Assembly: GCF_963921235.1 (NCBI RefSeq) | Contig: NC_086106.1 | Location: 17,484,001-17,548,000, forward strand | Direction of reading: 5' to 3' | Origin: Mobula hypostoma | Lineage: Eukaryota | DNA length: 64,000 bases | Shown: positions 11,209-23,815 of the stretch, piece by piece | How positions within the stretch are numbered: the first letter of the stretch is position 1 | Layout: every line of letters starts with the position of its first letter | Made by a program: the position numbers and the translations under genes | Notes under the pieces: generated by a model | What the model was told of the DNA's origin: nothing | The model's input: the letters and a program-made list of their open reading frames with translations, nothing else | The model's database searches: none

Positions 11209-12770
11209 ACTTATACTTTATACTTTATTGTCGCCAAACAATTGGTACTAGAACGTACAATCACCACAGCGATATTTGGTTCTGCGCTTCACATTCCCTG
11301 GATTACAAACAATAAATCTAAAAAATATTAAAAATAGTTAAATTAGAAAATATTAAAAATTTAAATTATAAATCATAAATAGAAAATAGAAAAATGGGAA
11401 GTAAGGTAGTGCAAGAAAACAGAGGGGCAGGTTCGGATATTCGGAGGGTACGGCCCAGATCCGGGTCGGGATCCGTTCAGCTGTCTTATCACAGTTGGAA
11501 AGAAGCTGTTCCCAAATCCGGCCGTACGAGTCTTCAAGCTCCTGAGCCTTCTCCCGGAGGGAAGAGGGATGAAAAGTATGTTGGCTGGGTGGGTCGTGGC
11601 CTTGATTATCCTGGGAGCACTGCTCCAACAACGTGCGGTGTAAAGTGAGTCCACAGACGGAAGATTGGTTTGTGTGATGTACTGCGCAGTTTTTACGATC
11701 TTCTGCAGCTTCTTCCGGTCTTGGACAGGACAACTTCCATACCAGGTTGTGATGCACCCTAGAAGAATGCTTTCTACAGTGCATCTATAAAAATTAGTGG
11801 GGGTTTTAGGAGACAGGCCAAATTTCTTTAGTTTTCTCAGGAAGTAAAGGCGCTGGTGGGCCTACTTGGCAGTGAACTCTGCTTGGTTGGACCAAGTCAG
11901 GTCATTTGTGATATTGACCCCGAGGAACTTAAAGCTTTTGACCGGTTCCACTTGCGCACCACCGATGTAAATTGGATCGTGCGGTCCGCTACTCCTTCTG
12001 AAGTCAACAACCAGTTCCTTCATCTTGCTGATGTTGAGGGATAGGTTATTGTCTTCGCACCATGCCACCAGGTTCTTAATTTCCTCTCTGTACTCAAACT
12101 CATCATTACCTGAGATACGGCCTACAATTGTTGTGTCATCAGCAAACTTATATATTGAGTTTGATGGAAACATGGCTACACAATCATGGGTGTACAGTGA
12201 GTACAGCAGGGGGCTGAGTACACAGTCTTCTGGGGCACTGGTGCTCAGAGTGATTGTAGAGGAGAGCTTGTTCTCTATTTTTACAGCCTGGGTCCTGTCT
12301 GTGAAGAAGTTAAAGATCCAGCTGCAGGTCTGAGTGCTAAGGCCCAGGTTCCGGAGTTTAGGAATCAGTTTATTTGGAATGATGGTATTAAAGGCTGAGC
12401 TGTAGTCAATGAAAATGAGCCTTACGTATGCATCTTTATTCTCCAGGTGTTCTAAGGAGGAATGTAGGGCCAGAGAGATGGCATCTGCCGTTGACCTGTT
12501 GCTCCGGTAGGTGAATTGCAAAGCGTCGAGGTTGACCGGTAGGCTGTGGTTGATGTGTGCCATAACCAATCTCTCGAAGCACTTCATAGCAATTGATGTC
12601 AGAGCCACAGGTCGATAGTCATTCAGGCATGCCACCTTGCTCTTCCTCGGCACTGGGATTATCGTTGCCTTCTTAAAACATGAGGGGATGTTCGACTGAA
12701 GCAAGGAGCAGTTGAAGATGTCAACAAACACTCCAGCTAGCTCGCTTGCACAGGCCCGGAGAACCCGTGG
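11209..12770 (-). mobile_element. Rex1/Babar LINE, 5'-truncated, RT largely readable
   Basis: ORF 11862-12791 with [28 protein letters not shown] and FKFLGV; short tandem-repeat tail at 11209-11230. Confidence 0.9.
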
Positions 12771-13032
12771 AGTTTGAGGATATTTTGTCACTAAAACACA
12801 CGAAAACTTCTACAGATGTCCAGTGGAGAGCAGTCTGACTGGCTGCATCACCGTCTGGTATGGGGGTGGGGGTTGGGGGGGATTACTGCACAGGATCGAA
12901 AAAAGCTCCAGAAAGTTGTAAAATTAGTCAGCTCCATCTTGGGTACTAGCGAAGAGTTAGCAGCTTCAAACACTGTTCTTTAGCATCTCGGAGGCAGACT
13001 TTTCACCACATATGACAATAATAAACTAATTC

Positions 13033-13260
13033 GATAACTGGGTCCTTTGATGGACATCCGGCCCGCCCCAGTGAGTGGATGACAACCGGAGGACTCGGTC
13101 CTCCGGGCACTCCGATTGGGCAAGCTGCGTGTCAATCACGTTTTATACCCCAGGTGTAGCGAGGCGTCAAGATGCGGGATCTGAGGTCACGTGGGATTTT
13201 GGCTGAGCCAATGGGCGGCGCCTGGGCCGCCGTCGTTCCCGCCCCGAGCCAGTGGACTCG
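13033..13260 (+). promoter_or_regulatory. Orphan copy of the ZNF promoter module
   Basis: Colinear motifs GATAACTGGGTCCTTTGATG, GATTGG..AAGC, TGTCAATCA, GCGTCA, TCACGTGGG, GCCAATGGG and GGCGGCGCCTG match 437-700. Confidence 0.7.
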
Positions 13261-13599
13261 CGTGGTTGTCTCTGCACCGTTCCACCGGGCGTCGCCGCTG
13301 CTGTGCCGGTAGTGAACCCGATGATTCGGTTTCAATGAGTGTAGTCGTGCTGAGCTCACAGCCCTGGGGTGGGGAAGGGCCCCGGTGCTCAGCGTGATGG
13401 AGCTAGAGATGTTGCTGCCAACACAGACTGGCTGTGGTCTTCAGCCAAGAAGATCTCCCCCATCTGGGTCATGCCCCCTTCTCATTACGTCCATCGGGTC
13501 AGATTTCTGAATGGTCCCACTGCCCCTCTTGCTCAGGAGTGGAAGTGACACGGGGGGCGGTGGGGTGACCCGCTAGGGATTAATAAATACAAGTTGCGG

Positions 13600-14150
13600 G
13601 GTGGGTTGCAGGTTCTGGAAATCTTGGAGGAACTCGGCAGCTCAGGCTGAGTCTTTGCAGGGGGATAGACGGTCAACGTGTTGGGCCGAGACCTTGCACC
13701 GGGAGTGGGTTGGAGATAAAAGCTGGAAGGTCATAGGTGACCACCAAAACACACACTCCCCAACCTCCTGCTTTCTGCGAGGTCTCGCTCCCTACGCGCC
13801 CCTCCCTCCTGGCACATACCCCTGCAGGCGGGACAGGTGCTGCAGCTTCTCCACCAAACAGGCCTTCCACGGTGGTGGGAGAGGAGATGTCGGGGCCGGT
13901 TATTAGTTTCATTCTCTTTTCCATGTTGGTGGCCCGCTGACCCGTCCTCAAGACCTGCCCATCACCCCTTCCTCCATTTCCACTCTCCAATCCTGTCGGA
14001 TTCGGATTCTTTCTGCTCTTGTCCTGTACCGCTCCTGTGTATCACCTCCCACTCCACCCATCTTCCCCCCTCACTTGTTGTCACCTCCTCCCCCTCCCCC
14101 TGCCTTTCATTCCAGATTCTGTCCCCCTCCTTTTCAGTCCTAATGAAGAC
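13600..14150. mobile_element. Decayed Penelope-like element with inverted pLTR
   Basis: 'ggaggaactcggcag' terminus, degenerate hammerhead at ~13670-13705 (-), sense part ending 'cagtcctaatgaag'. Confidence 0.55.
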
Positions 14151-14159
14151 TTCTGAATT

Positions 14160-14949
14160 ATCCCTTATGGACTGTGCCTTTAAAGAGAGAGAGAGAGAGA
14201 GCGTGCAGCTGTAGAGCACAAACAGCTTGTTACAGAAAGAGAGAGAGAGAGGGGCGAAGACTGCTGACAGTTTGTTTGGAACTTCTGCAAGGACACTGCC
14301 GCTTCTGAGTTCCTACAGAGAGAGAAGGGAGGAGCTACATGGAGCTGAACACCAGCACAACAGTATTTAAACCAGCGTAATTGCTTTATGCACAGGACAC
14401 GCAGACGCACTAAGGTGTGGTGAAGTTACCATTATCCTGTTCAGGTGCCCATGAATGTGGGAATGAAGATCAATTGACAGGAATCGATCTGTGATTGTTG
14501 GTGCGTGAAAGAGCGACCCTGTGGAGTCTACCTGTGTGTCTAACCCTCGCCTGGGTTGGTAGATTATCACTTGAAGACGGTGCTCTTAAGTTGGTCAAGT
14601 TTGGCTAACTTGGAGGTTTCGGAGGACAACGGGAAGAATCGATGGCATCAGCTCACCTGAAGAACTAAACACCTCTCTCTCTCCATCACTACTTGACTCA
14701 ATACCACAAACTGAACTGAACTTTACCCATCACCGTAAGACTGTATCCATTTACCCCTAGGCTTGAAGAAACTTGGTTTTTATATTTCCACATTTATGTA
14801 TATAATCATTGCTAACCTGTTTAATATATCTGAATTTATATTACTGTATTGCACAGTTACTAATAAACGAGCGTTAGTTAACAGCAATACCAGACTCCAA
14901 GGTTTTTTCCATTTCTGCTGATCTTTAACCTGTTACGGGGTACGTGACA
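14160..14949 (+). mobile_element. 5'-truncated LTR related to 30417-31250
   Basis: Ends 'gttacggggtacgtgaca', the near reverse complement of the 30417 terminus; AATAAA near 14862. Confidence 0.7.
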
Positions 14950-15690
14950 ATATGTACGACAGGACAGTCAATATAACATAGAAATACAGTTGTATCAGCG
15001 TGAATTGATCAGTCCGATGGCCTGGTGGAAGATGCTCTGGAGCCTGTGGGTCCTGGCTTTTATGCTGCGGTACCGTTTCCCAGATGGTAGCAGCTGGAAC
15101 AGTTTGTGGTTGGGGTGACTCGGGCCCCCAATGATCCTTCAGGCCCTTTTTACACACCTGTCTCTGTAAACGTCCTGAATAGTAGGAAGTTCACATCTAC
15201 AGATGCGCTGGGCTGTCCGCACCACTCTCTGCAGAGTCCTGTGATTAAGGGAAGTTACAGTTCCCATACCAGGCAGTGATGCAGCCAGTCAGGATGCTCT
15301 CAATTGTGTCCCTGTAGAAAGTTCTTAGGATTTGGGGACCCATACTAAACTTCCTCAACTGTCTGTGGTGGAAGAGGAGCTGTTGTGCTTTTTTCACTAC
15401 ACAGTGTGTACAGACCACGTGAGATCCTCTGTGATGTGGATGCCGAGGAACTTAAAGCTGTTCCCCCTCTGGACCCCAGATCCATTGATATCAATAGTGG
15501 TTAGCCTGTCTCCATCCCTCCTGTAGTCCACAATCAGCTCCTTTGTTTTTGCGACATTGAGGGAGAAGTTGTTTTCTGACACCACTATGTCAGGGTGATG
15601 ACTTCTTCCCTGAAGGCTGCCTCATTATTATTTGAGATTAGGCCAATCAGTGTAATGTCGTCAGCAAATTTAATTAGCAGATTGGAGCTG
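14950..15690 (-). mobile_element. Rex1/Babar LINE 3' fragment
   Basis: LNVAKTKELIVDYRR and FKFLGIHITEDLTWS. Confidence 0.85.
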
Positions 15691-16156
15691 CCTTATCTTC
15701 TGAGTTCTTCCAACATTTTCTGTGTGTTGTTCAAGATTTACAGCATCTACAGAATCCCGTGTGGCTGGATTGATGGAGGTGGGGCATATTTCAGGTGGGT
15801 GGACAGGGCACAAAGGGAGTTTTAGGGATCTGTAAGGATTTCATTTTTCAGCCAGTTTGGTTCCAGGAACACATAGATGCAGGGAGCTTTTGTCTGTGTC
15901 TGGCCCGTGGGGTATGTGATGAGGCAGTGCATCATCTCTGTGTTTGATGAGAGGATGTGGAGGAAGCTTTATTCTGAGTGTGCGAGGGGTGGAATGACCA
16001 CAGGAGTGCGTGTTGTGAAAGTGTGGAGTTAGATTCACTCTGTGCGTGTTGCCGGTAATTAACTTCCTGCCCACTAACTCCGTGCCGGGTTTCCGGCCCC
16101 TTGTGATGTTTATAAACTTGGATGAGGGAGTTGGGCGGTTTTGTACGTTTGCGGAC

Positions 16157-16966
16157 TGTTACGTAACCGGCAACAATGAATATTAATCGAGACAGGTCTT
16201 ATAAAAACAACCCAACATTTATTAAACACATAAGCGATAAAGGAAAAGAAAACAAAGGAGGAAAACTTTAACCGGAGGTTAAACAGGTACGCAGCCGTTC
16301 GTCAACTCCACTCGGCTCTGGTTCTTAAAGAGTTAAATGCGGAAACAGTTCTTAAAGCGATAACTTCGAAAGTCCAACAGATTTACACGTTCAATTGGGA
16401 GAGACTTCTCTGGAGAACGATTTCTTCACCGACGCATCTTTACTGCCGGTTCTGTCCACAGGATTCCCGATGCCGAAAATAAACAGTTTAAATCGACTGA
16501 CCTTAAATTCCCTTTAGAGAGAGAGAGCCTTTGCATGAACTTATTGCGCTTTTACAAGAGTTATCTCAATGCAACTTGTCTTCAACGAAGTCTCAATAAG
16601 GTCGATTCTTTATTAAACTGCCAAACGATGCCGACTTCTCTCGATTCTTCGATGAATTCTTCACTCTCCCTTCAAAACTGTCGGAATTGAGTAAATTGGC
16701 ACTTCCAGCCTCAAATTCCCAGTCCAAGTAATATGGAATCTTTCAACAGAACGTACAACCGTTTTAAAAATGAAACTGCGTCACAAAAACAAGCGCAACA
16801 GAAACGGATACAACACGTCCCACAAACTCAAAAGCCCAGTGCGTCGCCTGAGTTGACCCTTATATAGTCATCACGTGACCTCACAACGGCGGGAAAATCA
16901 CATCAGGTGACCTCCAAAACACCATGACAGCATTCTCACAAAAAAAATCTCCTTGAGCATGTAACA
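16157..16966 (-). mobile_element. Solo LTR (810 bp) with 4-bp TSD GGAC
   Basis: TGTTAC...GTAACA perfect inverted termini; GGAC at 16153-16156 and 16967-16970; TATA-like and AATAAA signals on the - strand. Confidence 0.9.
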
Positions 16967-17102
16967 GGACCACACGGAGGGGGATGTTAGGGACAGTGTG
17001 GAACGTTGTCCTCGCTCACAAAGGGAGACCGATGGAACGCAGAGCAGGGCTGAGAAGTGGCAGATGGAGTTCAATCCGGAAAACCATGAAGTGACACACT
17101 TC

Positions 17103-17333
17103 AAGCAACACACATCAAAGTTGCTGGTGAACACAGCAGGCCAGGCAGCATCTGTAGGAAGAGGTACAGTCGACGTTTCAGGCCTGAGTTAGTCCTGACG
17201 AAGGGTCTCGGCCCGAAACATCGACTGCACCTCTTCCTAGAGATGCTGCCTGGCCTGCTGCGTTCACCAGCAACTTTTATGTGTGTTGCTTGAATTTCCA
17301 GCATCTGCAGAATTCCTGTTGTTTGCGTTTTTA
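17103..17333 (+). mobile_element. Fold-back Penelope pLTR mini-insert with 14-bp TSD
   Basis: Long inverted arms; AAGTGACACACTTC at 17089-17102 and 17334-17347. Confidence 0.85.
17191..17226 (+). ncRNA. Minimal type I hammerhead ribozyme (G-to-A change at the cleavage triplet, AUC)
   Basis: AGTC-CTGACGA-AGGGTCTCGGCCC-GAAAC-ATC-GACT. Confidence 0.65.
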
Positions 17334-17789
17334 AAGTGACACACTTCGGAAGGTCGAACGTGAAGGCGGAGGACAGGGATATCGGCGGAATTCTTAGCAG
17401 TGTGGAGGAGCAGAGAGATCTGGGGCCCACGTTCATCATTCATTCAGAGTTTTTGGCACAAGGTGATAGGGTATGCTTATCGGCACATTGGCCTTCATGA
17501 GGTGGGGTGAATCGACTTCAAGAGTCGCGTAATGATATTGCAGCTCTATAAAATTCGGCTCTGAACCTTGTAACCCCCTTGTTATCAGGAGCACTGTCTG
17601 CGTTTCTGGTCACCCCGTTACAGGAAGCATCATAGAAGCCGAAGAGAGTGTTCAGAGAAGATTTAGCAGAATGCTGCCTGGATTCCAGAGATTTGGCTGA
17701 GTGAGCTCGGGCTTTTCTCCTTAAGAGAGGTGACTTGATAGAGGTGTATAAGACCATAAGAGGCACGGGTAGAATGATTGGAATAATCA

Positions 17790-17990
17790 CATTGCGGATT
17801 TGAAACAACAGCGGTTTATATTTTTTTAAACCACAGCATTAGAATACGGGCCAGAGTTTCACCCACTTGCCAGAAATAACCTTTACAAAACTCCACTCTA
17901 GATACTCTTCTGGTCTAATCCAATGGCACCACCCACAACCAACACCTCAACCAACCACCAAGTTCCAGAGTATCCCGGCCTGGAACTTAG
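17790..17990 (-). other. Conserved downstream block of ZNF-B
   Basis: Reverse complement aligns with 4150-4330. Confidence 0.65.
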
Positions 17991-18194
17991 CAGCCAGTTG
18001 TGTGCCAGCACGGAGTCCAAATCCCAGAACTCAGTCTTCTCACCCCAGCAGGGATGTGAAGACTTTGGAGAGGGTGCATTACAGGCCCACCAGGATTAGA
18101 GGCCACGAGATACAAGAAGGGGTTGGACAAACTTTGATTACTTTCTCAGGAGCGGCAGAGGTCGTGGGGTGACCTCGTAGAAGTTTACGAGAGA

Positions 18195-20870
18195 GGAATC
18201 TAACCTATTCAATCTCCCCTTATAACTCAGGTCCTCCAGACCCGGCAACATCCTTGTAGAGTTTCTCTGCACTCCTTCAACCTTATTTACATCTTTCCTG
18301 TAGGTAGGTGACCAAAACTGCACACAATACTCCAAATTAGGCCTCACCAATGTCTTATGCAACTTCAACTTAACATCCTATCTCCTGTACTCAATACTTT
18401 AATCTATGGAGGCTAATGTGCTGAAAGCTTTCTTTGTGGTCTAACTACCTGTGACGTGACTTTCAATGGATTATGGACCTGTATTCCCAGATCCCTTTGT
18501 TCTACCGCACTCCTCAGTGTCCTATCGTTCACTGTGTAAGACCCACCCTGGTTGGTCCTACCAAAGTGCAACATCTCACACTTGTCTGCGTCAAGTTCAA
18601 TTTGCCATTTTTCAGCCCATTGTAGCGGCTGGTCCAGATCCCACTGCAAGGCTCTGATGGTCTCCCCTGCTGTCCGCAACGCCCCCAGTCTTGGTGTCAG
18701 CTTCAAACCTGATGATCCAGTTCACCACAATATCACCCAGATCATTGATACAGATGACAAACAGTAACAGACCTGGCCCCGATCCCTGCGGCTCTCCACT
18801 AGTCACAGGTAACCATCCACCACCAGTCTCTGGCTTCTCTGAAAAAGCCAATGTCTAATCCAATTTAGTTCCTCATCTTGAATTTGCTATGAACTGTAAC
18901 ATTTTAGAAATAAACCAGCAGCAGGAGATTTCACAGAGTCCAGTTTTAATGTTAAAACCAGTATCTTTATTAGTATCTGCTTATAATATCATAACTTAAC
19001 CAAGATAAACAAATGTTAACAGTGTTACGTGTATATGTGTGTAAATATAGCTCCCAAACTAAGTTGAGCTTGGGGAAACAGAGTCCTGAGATGGTAAAGT
19101 ACGAAAGTTCAGTTCATCCACGGAATGAATGATAGGAGAGAGATATTTGTAATCCAGAGTGAAACGTAGGGAAGAGGTAATTACGAAGTATTCCACAGAT
19201 GGTAAAACAAGATAACAGTCGCTGTAGATCTTGTCCATCGTGTCGTACCAAATCCACATACCGAAAGTGATGTCACAGGGATATCGCCTTCGAGGGATTA
19301 CCACAATATAATTCAATGTTTTTGCTTCTTTTATATATATATATATATATAGATGATTGTAAGACGTATTGCTCCAGGAGTTGGATCCTAATGATTTTTT
19401 TTCTTTTGTAGTTAGTGTTTTTTTTCTTTTTTTAGTCAGTTAGGATATCCCAAGCAAAATCCACTCCTTTGGATTATACGAAGTGAGTGTCCCACATTCA
19501 TTGTGCACCGTGCGCCAATAGTTAACCCCATCTTTTGGTTTTAAAAGAGTTTCAAACCATCGCAGTGACCAGCTGAAGTTTCAGCAGCCGGTCGTCTTCT
19601 CTCTCTCTCGACTGTGACTGTCTGTGTCCTTGTTTTAAAGTTAAACAAGTTGCGAGTCAGTCAGTGAACAACATCACAGTCCCGCCTCATTTAGGCGCTC
19701 TTAAAGTGACAGTCCACAGTAAACGAAACCTGTGGGTTCGTAACAAATGGCATGCGACTTCCCGGCCACCCTCCTATCTGGGACCTTGTCAAACACCTTG
19801 CTGAAGTCCATTCAGACAATATCCACTGCCTTGCCTTCATCCCACTTTCCCAGTAACTTCCTGGAAAACTCTACAAGATTGGTTAGACATGACCTACCAT
19901 GCTCAAAGCCATTCTGACTATCCCTAATCAGTCCGTGTCTATCTAAAAACTCATACATCCAGTCCCTTAGAATACCTCCCAATAACTTTCTCACTACAGG
20001 TGTCAGGCTCGTCAGCCTACAATTTCCTAGTTTATTTTTAGACCCTTTCTCGAACAGTGGGACAACATGATCTATCCCCCAGTCCTCTGGTACCTCACCT
20101 GTCGCTAAGGATGATTTGAATAGCTCTACTAGGGCCCAGCAAATTCTGCACTTGCCTCCCACAGGGAACACCTCATCGAGCCCTGGAGATTTATCCGCCC
20201 TAATTTGCCTCAAGACAGCAGACACCTCCTCCTATGTAATCTGTATAGTGTCCATGAAGTTGAAGCCTTAGTTCTAGAGACTCTGTGTCCATCTCCCGAG
20301 TAAATACAGATGCAAAAAAAGTCCATTTAAGATCTCCCCCATCAGTCTTGGCTCCACATATGGATTACCACTCTGATCTTCAGAGGACCAGATTTGTCCC
20401 TTGCAATCCTTTTGCTCTCAATATATCTGTAAAAGCCCTTAGGATGGTCCTTCCCTTGTCTGTTAGGGCAGCCTCGTGCCTTCTTTTAGCCCCCTAGATT
20501 TCTGTTTCCTTGCATTTCTTATACTCCCCAAGTACCTCACTTGTTCCTACCCGTTACGCACCTCCTTTTTTCTCATAACCGGGACCTCAGTATTTCTCAA
20601 AAACCTAGTTCAGTAAATCTGTTATCATTACCTTTTATTCTGACAGGCAGGTACAAGCTTTGTCCTCTCGAAATTTCACTTCTGAAGGCCTCCCACTTAC
20701 CAAGTACACCTTGGCCAGAAAACAGCCTCTCCCAATCCACACCTGCCAGATCCTTTCTGATACGACCAAAACTGGCCTTTCTCCAATTCAGAATCTCAGC
20801 CTGAGGACCAGGCCTATCTTTTTCCAAGAATTGCCTTGAAACTAACGGCCATGTGGTCAATGGATGCAAA
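18195..20870 (-). mobile_element. Decayed CR1 ORF2 interrupted by a solo LTR
   Basis: KTLVRPNLEYCVQFWSP, WAEKWQ, KSPGLD and GRSCLTNLVEF fragments in order. Confidence 0.9.
18885..19745 (-). mobile_element. Solo LTR inside CR1
   Basis: TGCTATGAAC...GTTCGTAACA inverted termini (2 transitions); flanks AATT/AATG are an imperfect 4-bp TSD; CR1 resumes on both sides. Confidence 0.75.
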
Positions 20871-20978
20871 GTGGTCTAACAGATGAAAGCCGGAGTGGGA
20901 CAGATGCCACTTGCCGCTGTGGTTGCACCGGTTTGCCGGCAGGAATGAAAAGTGGGTGAAAGCATCACCGCACCGTCA

Positions 20979-21146
<168 letters not shown>

Positions 21147-21806
21147 TCAGGAGAACGGCCGCTGCATCTGCAGGTTCGAAGCGTCGGGGAAGATCTCTCC
21201 ACAGTCAAATCCCTTCTCCCCAGGGTGCAGCCGCAGGTGCACCTGTAGGCTGCTGTAGCGGACGAAGTCCTTTCCGCAGAAGACGCAGGAGAAGGGCCTC
21301 TCGCCAGCGTGGGTGGCGTAGTGGCTCTTCAGGTTCCCGGGGCTCTTGAAGGCCTTGCCGCAGTCGGGGCAGGGGAAGGGCCGCTCCTCGGTGTGGACCT
21401 GCCGGTGCTGGAAAAGGTTGGAGGCTGTCAAGAACCTCTTGCCGCAGTCGGGGCAGGCGAAGGGCCGCTCGCCGGTGTGGGTGCGCAGGTGGGCCTGCAG
21501 GGTGGAGGGGTGCAGGGAGGCCTTGCCGCACTCGGGGCAGGTGAGGGCCCTTTTCCCGTTGTGGATCCACTGGTGCCACGACAGGCTCTGGTCGCTCTTG
21601 AAGGCCTTCCCACAGACGCCGCAGGTGAAGGGCCGTGTCTCGGTATGCATCAGACAGTGGCAGCGAATCATGGACGGTTTGGCAAACACCTTCCTGCACA
21701 ATGTGCAGGGCAATGGGCCCTTCAGGGCAGCTCTACTCCACTGCACACCCTCACCTCCCACGGAGGCATGTCTGTCCACAAGGGCGTTGCTGGGATTCCC
21801 TCCCAT
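21147..21806 (-). CDS. Truncated C2H2 zinc-finger protein ZNF-B (219 aa, 6 intact fingers); possibly a pseudogene
   Basis: Paralog of ZNF-A/C from the conserved ATG (MGGNP); finger 7 internally deleted; TGA at a Cys position; acceptor ctttAAG|G at 21954/21953. Confidence 0.7.
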   Translation of the reverse strand: MGGNPSNALVDRHASVGGEGVQWSRAALKGPLPCTLCRKVFAKPSMIRCHCLMHTETRPFTCGVCGKAFKSDQSLSWHQWIHNGKRALTCPECGKASLHPSTLQAHLRTHTGERPFACPDCGKRFLTASNLFQHRQVHTEERPFPCPDCGKAFKSPGNLKSHYATHAGERPFSCVFCGKDFVRYSSLQVHLRLHPGEKGFDCGEIFPDASNLQMQRPFS

Positions 21807-22349
21807 CAGGCCGTGGCTGCTGTCTGTTGTACCCCGGTGCTCTGGAGTCATTCTGCAAGATCTTGGTGAAAATTGTTTCACCTTAACTTTCTCTGTCCTG
21901 GTGTCCACTACGCTGGTGTAGAAAGGGACACACAAAGCAGGTCTTTCTGATACCTTAAAGCATAAACAGAAGCCTTCTCAATATAGGTTACTGGCAATAA
22001 ATTTTAAAACCTTTCTCTGTAACTGTAGCACATACTTCTGCTTTACCACTTCAAGCCTGTCTGGATAGATTACATACAAAATCCTTTTTACATATTTCAG
22101 TGCAACTGACAAAAATAAGTCGACACCTGCCAAAGTTCGCATTCAATTCCACTTTTCTTAGATGGTTCTGAGTCCCAAACCCAGGTGCTTCAATCCCCAA
22201 CTTCCTTACAGCAGCTCAGCAAATTAATATGTCTCTCTTCTGCTCAAAAGCAAGTCAGGTCGTAATATTCAAAAGTTGGGGGGGGGGGGGCTGGAAACAT
22301 GATAATTTAAAATCAAGGTATTCTGGAAAAGTCGAAACTTGGTTTCACA

Positions 22350-22566
22350 AACACAAGAAAATTTGCGGATGCTGGAAATCCAAAGCAACACACACAAAAT
22401 TGCTGGACTAACTCAGCAGGATCTGTGGAACAGTTTGAAGCGACACACGCAAAATGCTGGAGGAACTGTCCTGATGAAGGGTCTCGGCTCGAAACGTGGA
22501 CAGTTTACTCTTTTCCATAGATGCAACCCGTCCAACCGAGTTCCTCCAGAATGTTGTGTGTGTTGC
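22350..22566 (+). mobile_element. Rearranged Penelope pLTR mini-insert in the ZNF-B intron, with a hammerhead-like core at 22464-22505
   Basis: AACTGTC-CTGATGA-AGGGTCTCGGCTC-GAAAC-GTG-GACAGTT; inverted 'gcaacacacac' termini. Confidence 0.7.
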
Positions 22567-22684
22567 GAAGAACCAAGTTTCCAAAGCTTCCGAAGGCGGA
22601 TGTCGGATAGTTAACCCAAGATGCCCCGCGCGCCAGAAACCGCTCTATTGATCAACCGCACCCCGTGATGTCCGACGAACCCAC

Positions 22685-23008
22685 CGCACTGCGCCTGCTC
22701 GGAAGTCCGGGTCCCGCTCCGCCGCAGATTCCGCGCCCTGGCGCCTGAGCGGAGCACACAGCCGCGGGGCGGGGGTCGCCAGCGGGGACCGGTCGAGCTC
22801 AGCGGGGTCCATGGGGGAAACACCGGCGATTCGGGCCGCGCACTCGGGGAAACAGGGTCCGCCGCTCCCCGATTGGCGATCCGGGACCCCACGTGACCAC
22901 AGCACCCGCCCCACTTTGTGACGTTGCGACAACGCTCCTTGATTTACAGGCACATTCACCAATCCGGGCGCTTGTAGGACTCAGCCCTCCCTCCGTCATC
23001 CAGCCAGC
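22685..23008 (-). promoter_or_regulatory. Promoter and exon 1 of ZNF-B (distal part displaced to 23816-23886)
   Basis: Same motif order as ZNF-A/C; ETS-like ACTTCCG; GCAGGCGCA; donor CG|GTGGGT at 22685/22684. Confidence 0.75.
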
Positions 23009-23815
23009 TTTTAATAAAAATAATAGAGATATTAGAAGTTTGTTTCAAAAATACATTATTTCAATTCCTACGGCTGTTAGTTTCTGGAATAGTCGCTTGG
23101 GGAATCTGAGGTGGAGGAGTATTTGGGGCTTATTTAATAACTTTTTATTGAGGAATAAAATTAAAGAAATTTATTTTAAAATTATACATAGATATCATCT
23201 AACCAATGTTTATTTGACAAGATTTAATTCTGATATTGAAACTGTTCTTTTTTGTGGTTTATATCCAGAGAGTTTATTTAATCTGTTTTGGGATTGTGAA
23301 TATGTTAAAACTTATTAGGTTGATGTTTGTTAATTTATAGATCAATATATTAATGTGGATTTTACTTTTTGTTTTGAAAATGTTTTATTTGGGTTTACTA
23401 ATAATACCAAATCTCACAGGGATCATTTCTTTATCATAAGCCTTTTGTTAATTTACAGCAAATTTTATATCCATAAATGCAAATATAGCAATAGGAAACC
23501 TTCATTTACATTTTTTTACGTCAGACTTCAAACTATACATTAATAGTCTGAAAACTTCTCATAACCAGAAAGCTGTAAAGATGGTACAAATTTGTCAACG
23601 TTTCGGGTTATTTCTGTAAATGTTTTGTCTTGTGACTCCCTTTAGATACAGTTTCTTCTGTCCAGCAATATTTAGAGTGGATTTTCCTTTTTGTTTGTAT
23701 ATTTAAAGTTAATAGTTATGTATTTGTTGTTGTGTGTTTTCCTGGCTTTGTTAGCATATGCTCAGTAATTTTTGTTTTTGTTTGTGTTCAATAAAAATTA
23801 AAATGTAAAAAAAAG
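23009..23815 (+). mobile_element. L1/Tx1-type LINE 3' fragment inserted in the ZNF-B promoter
   Basis: zf-RVT-like KIKEIYFKIIHR..FCG..PESLFNLFWDC; AATAAA and A-tail ending at 23815. Confidence 0.85.

Larger units (their letters stand above)
16971..17785 (+). mobile_element. CR1 LINE fragment, host of the 17103-17333 insert
   Basis: AEKWQMEFNPE motif and continuation after the insert. Confidence 0.8.

Noticed and set aside
17103-17333. MITE (DNA transposon) or tRNA-derived SINE interpretation of the fold-back inserts
   Set aside because: The arms match the 3' end of GIY-YIG-encoding Penelope fragments in this window, are asymmetric in length and show no pol III A/B boxes
21147-21149. Selenocysteine or readthrough at TGA codons in Cys positions (also 20979 and 41173)
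   Set aside because: TGC to TGA is a single substitution; adjacent sequence is deleted or decayed; I saw no SECIS-like element. A SECIS search would settle it.
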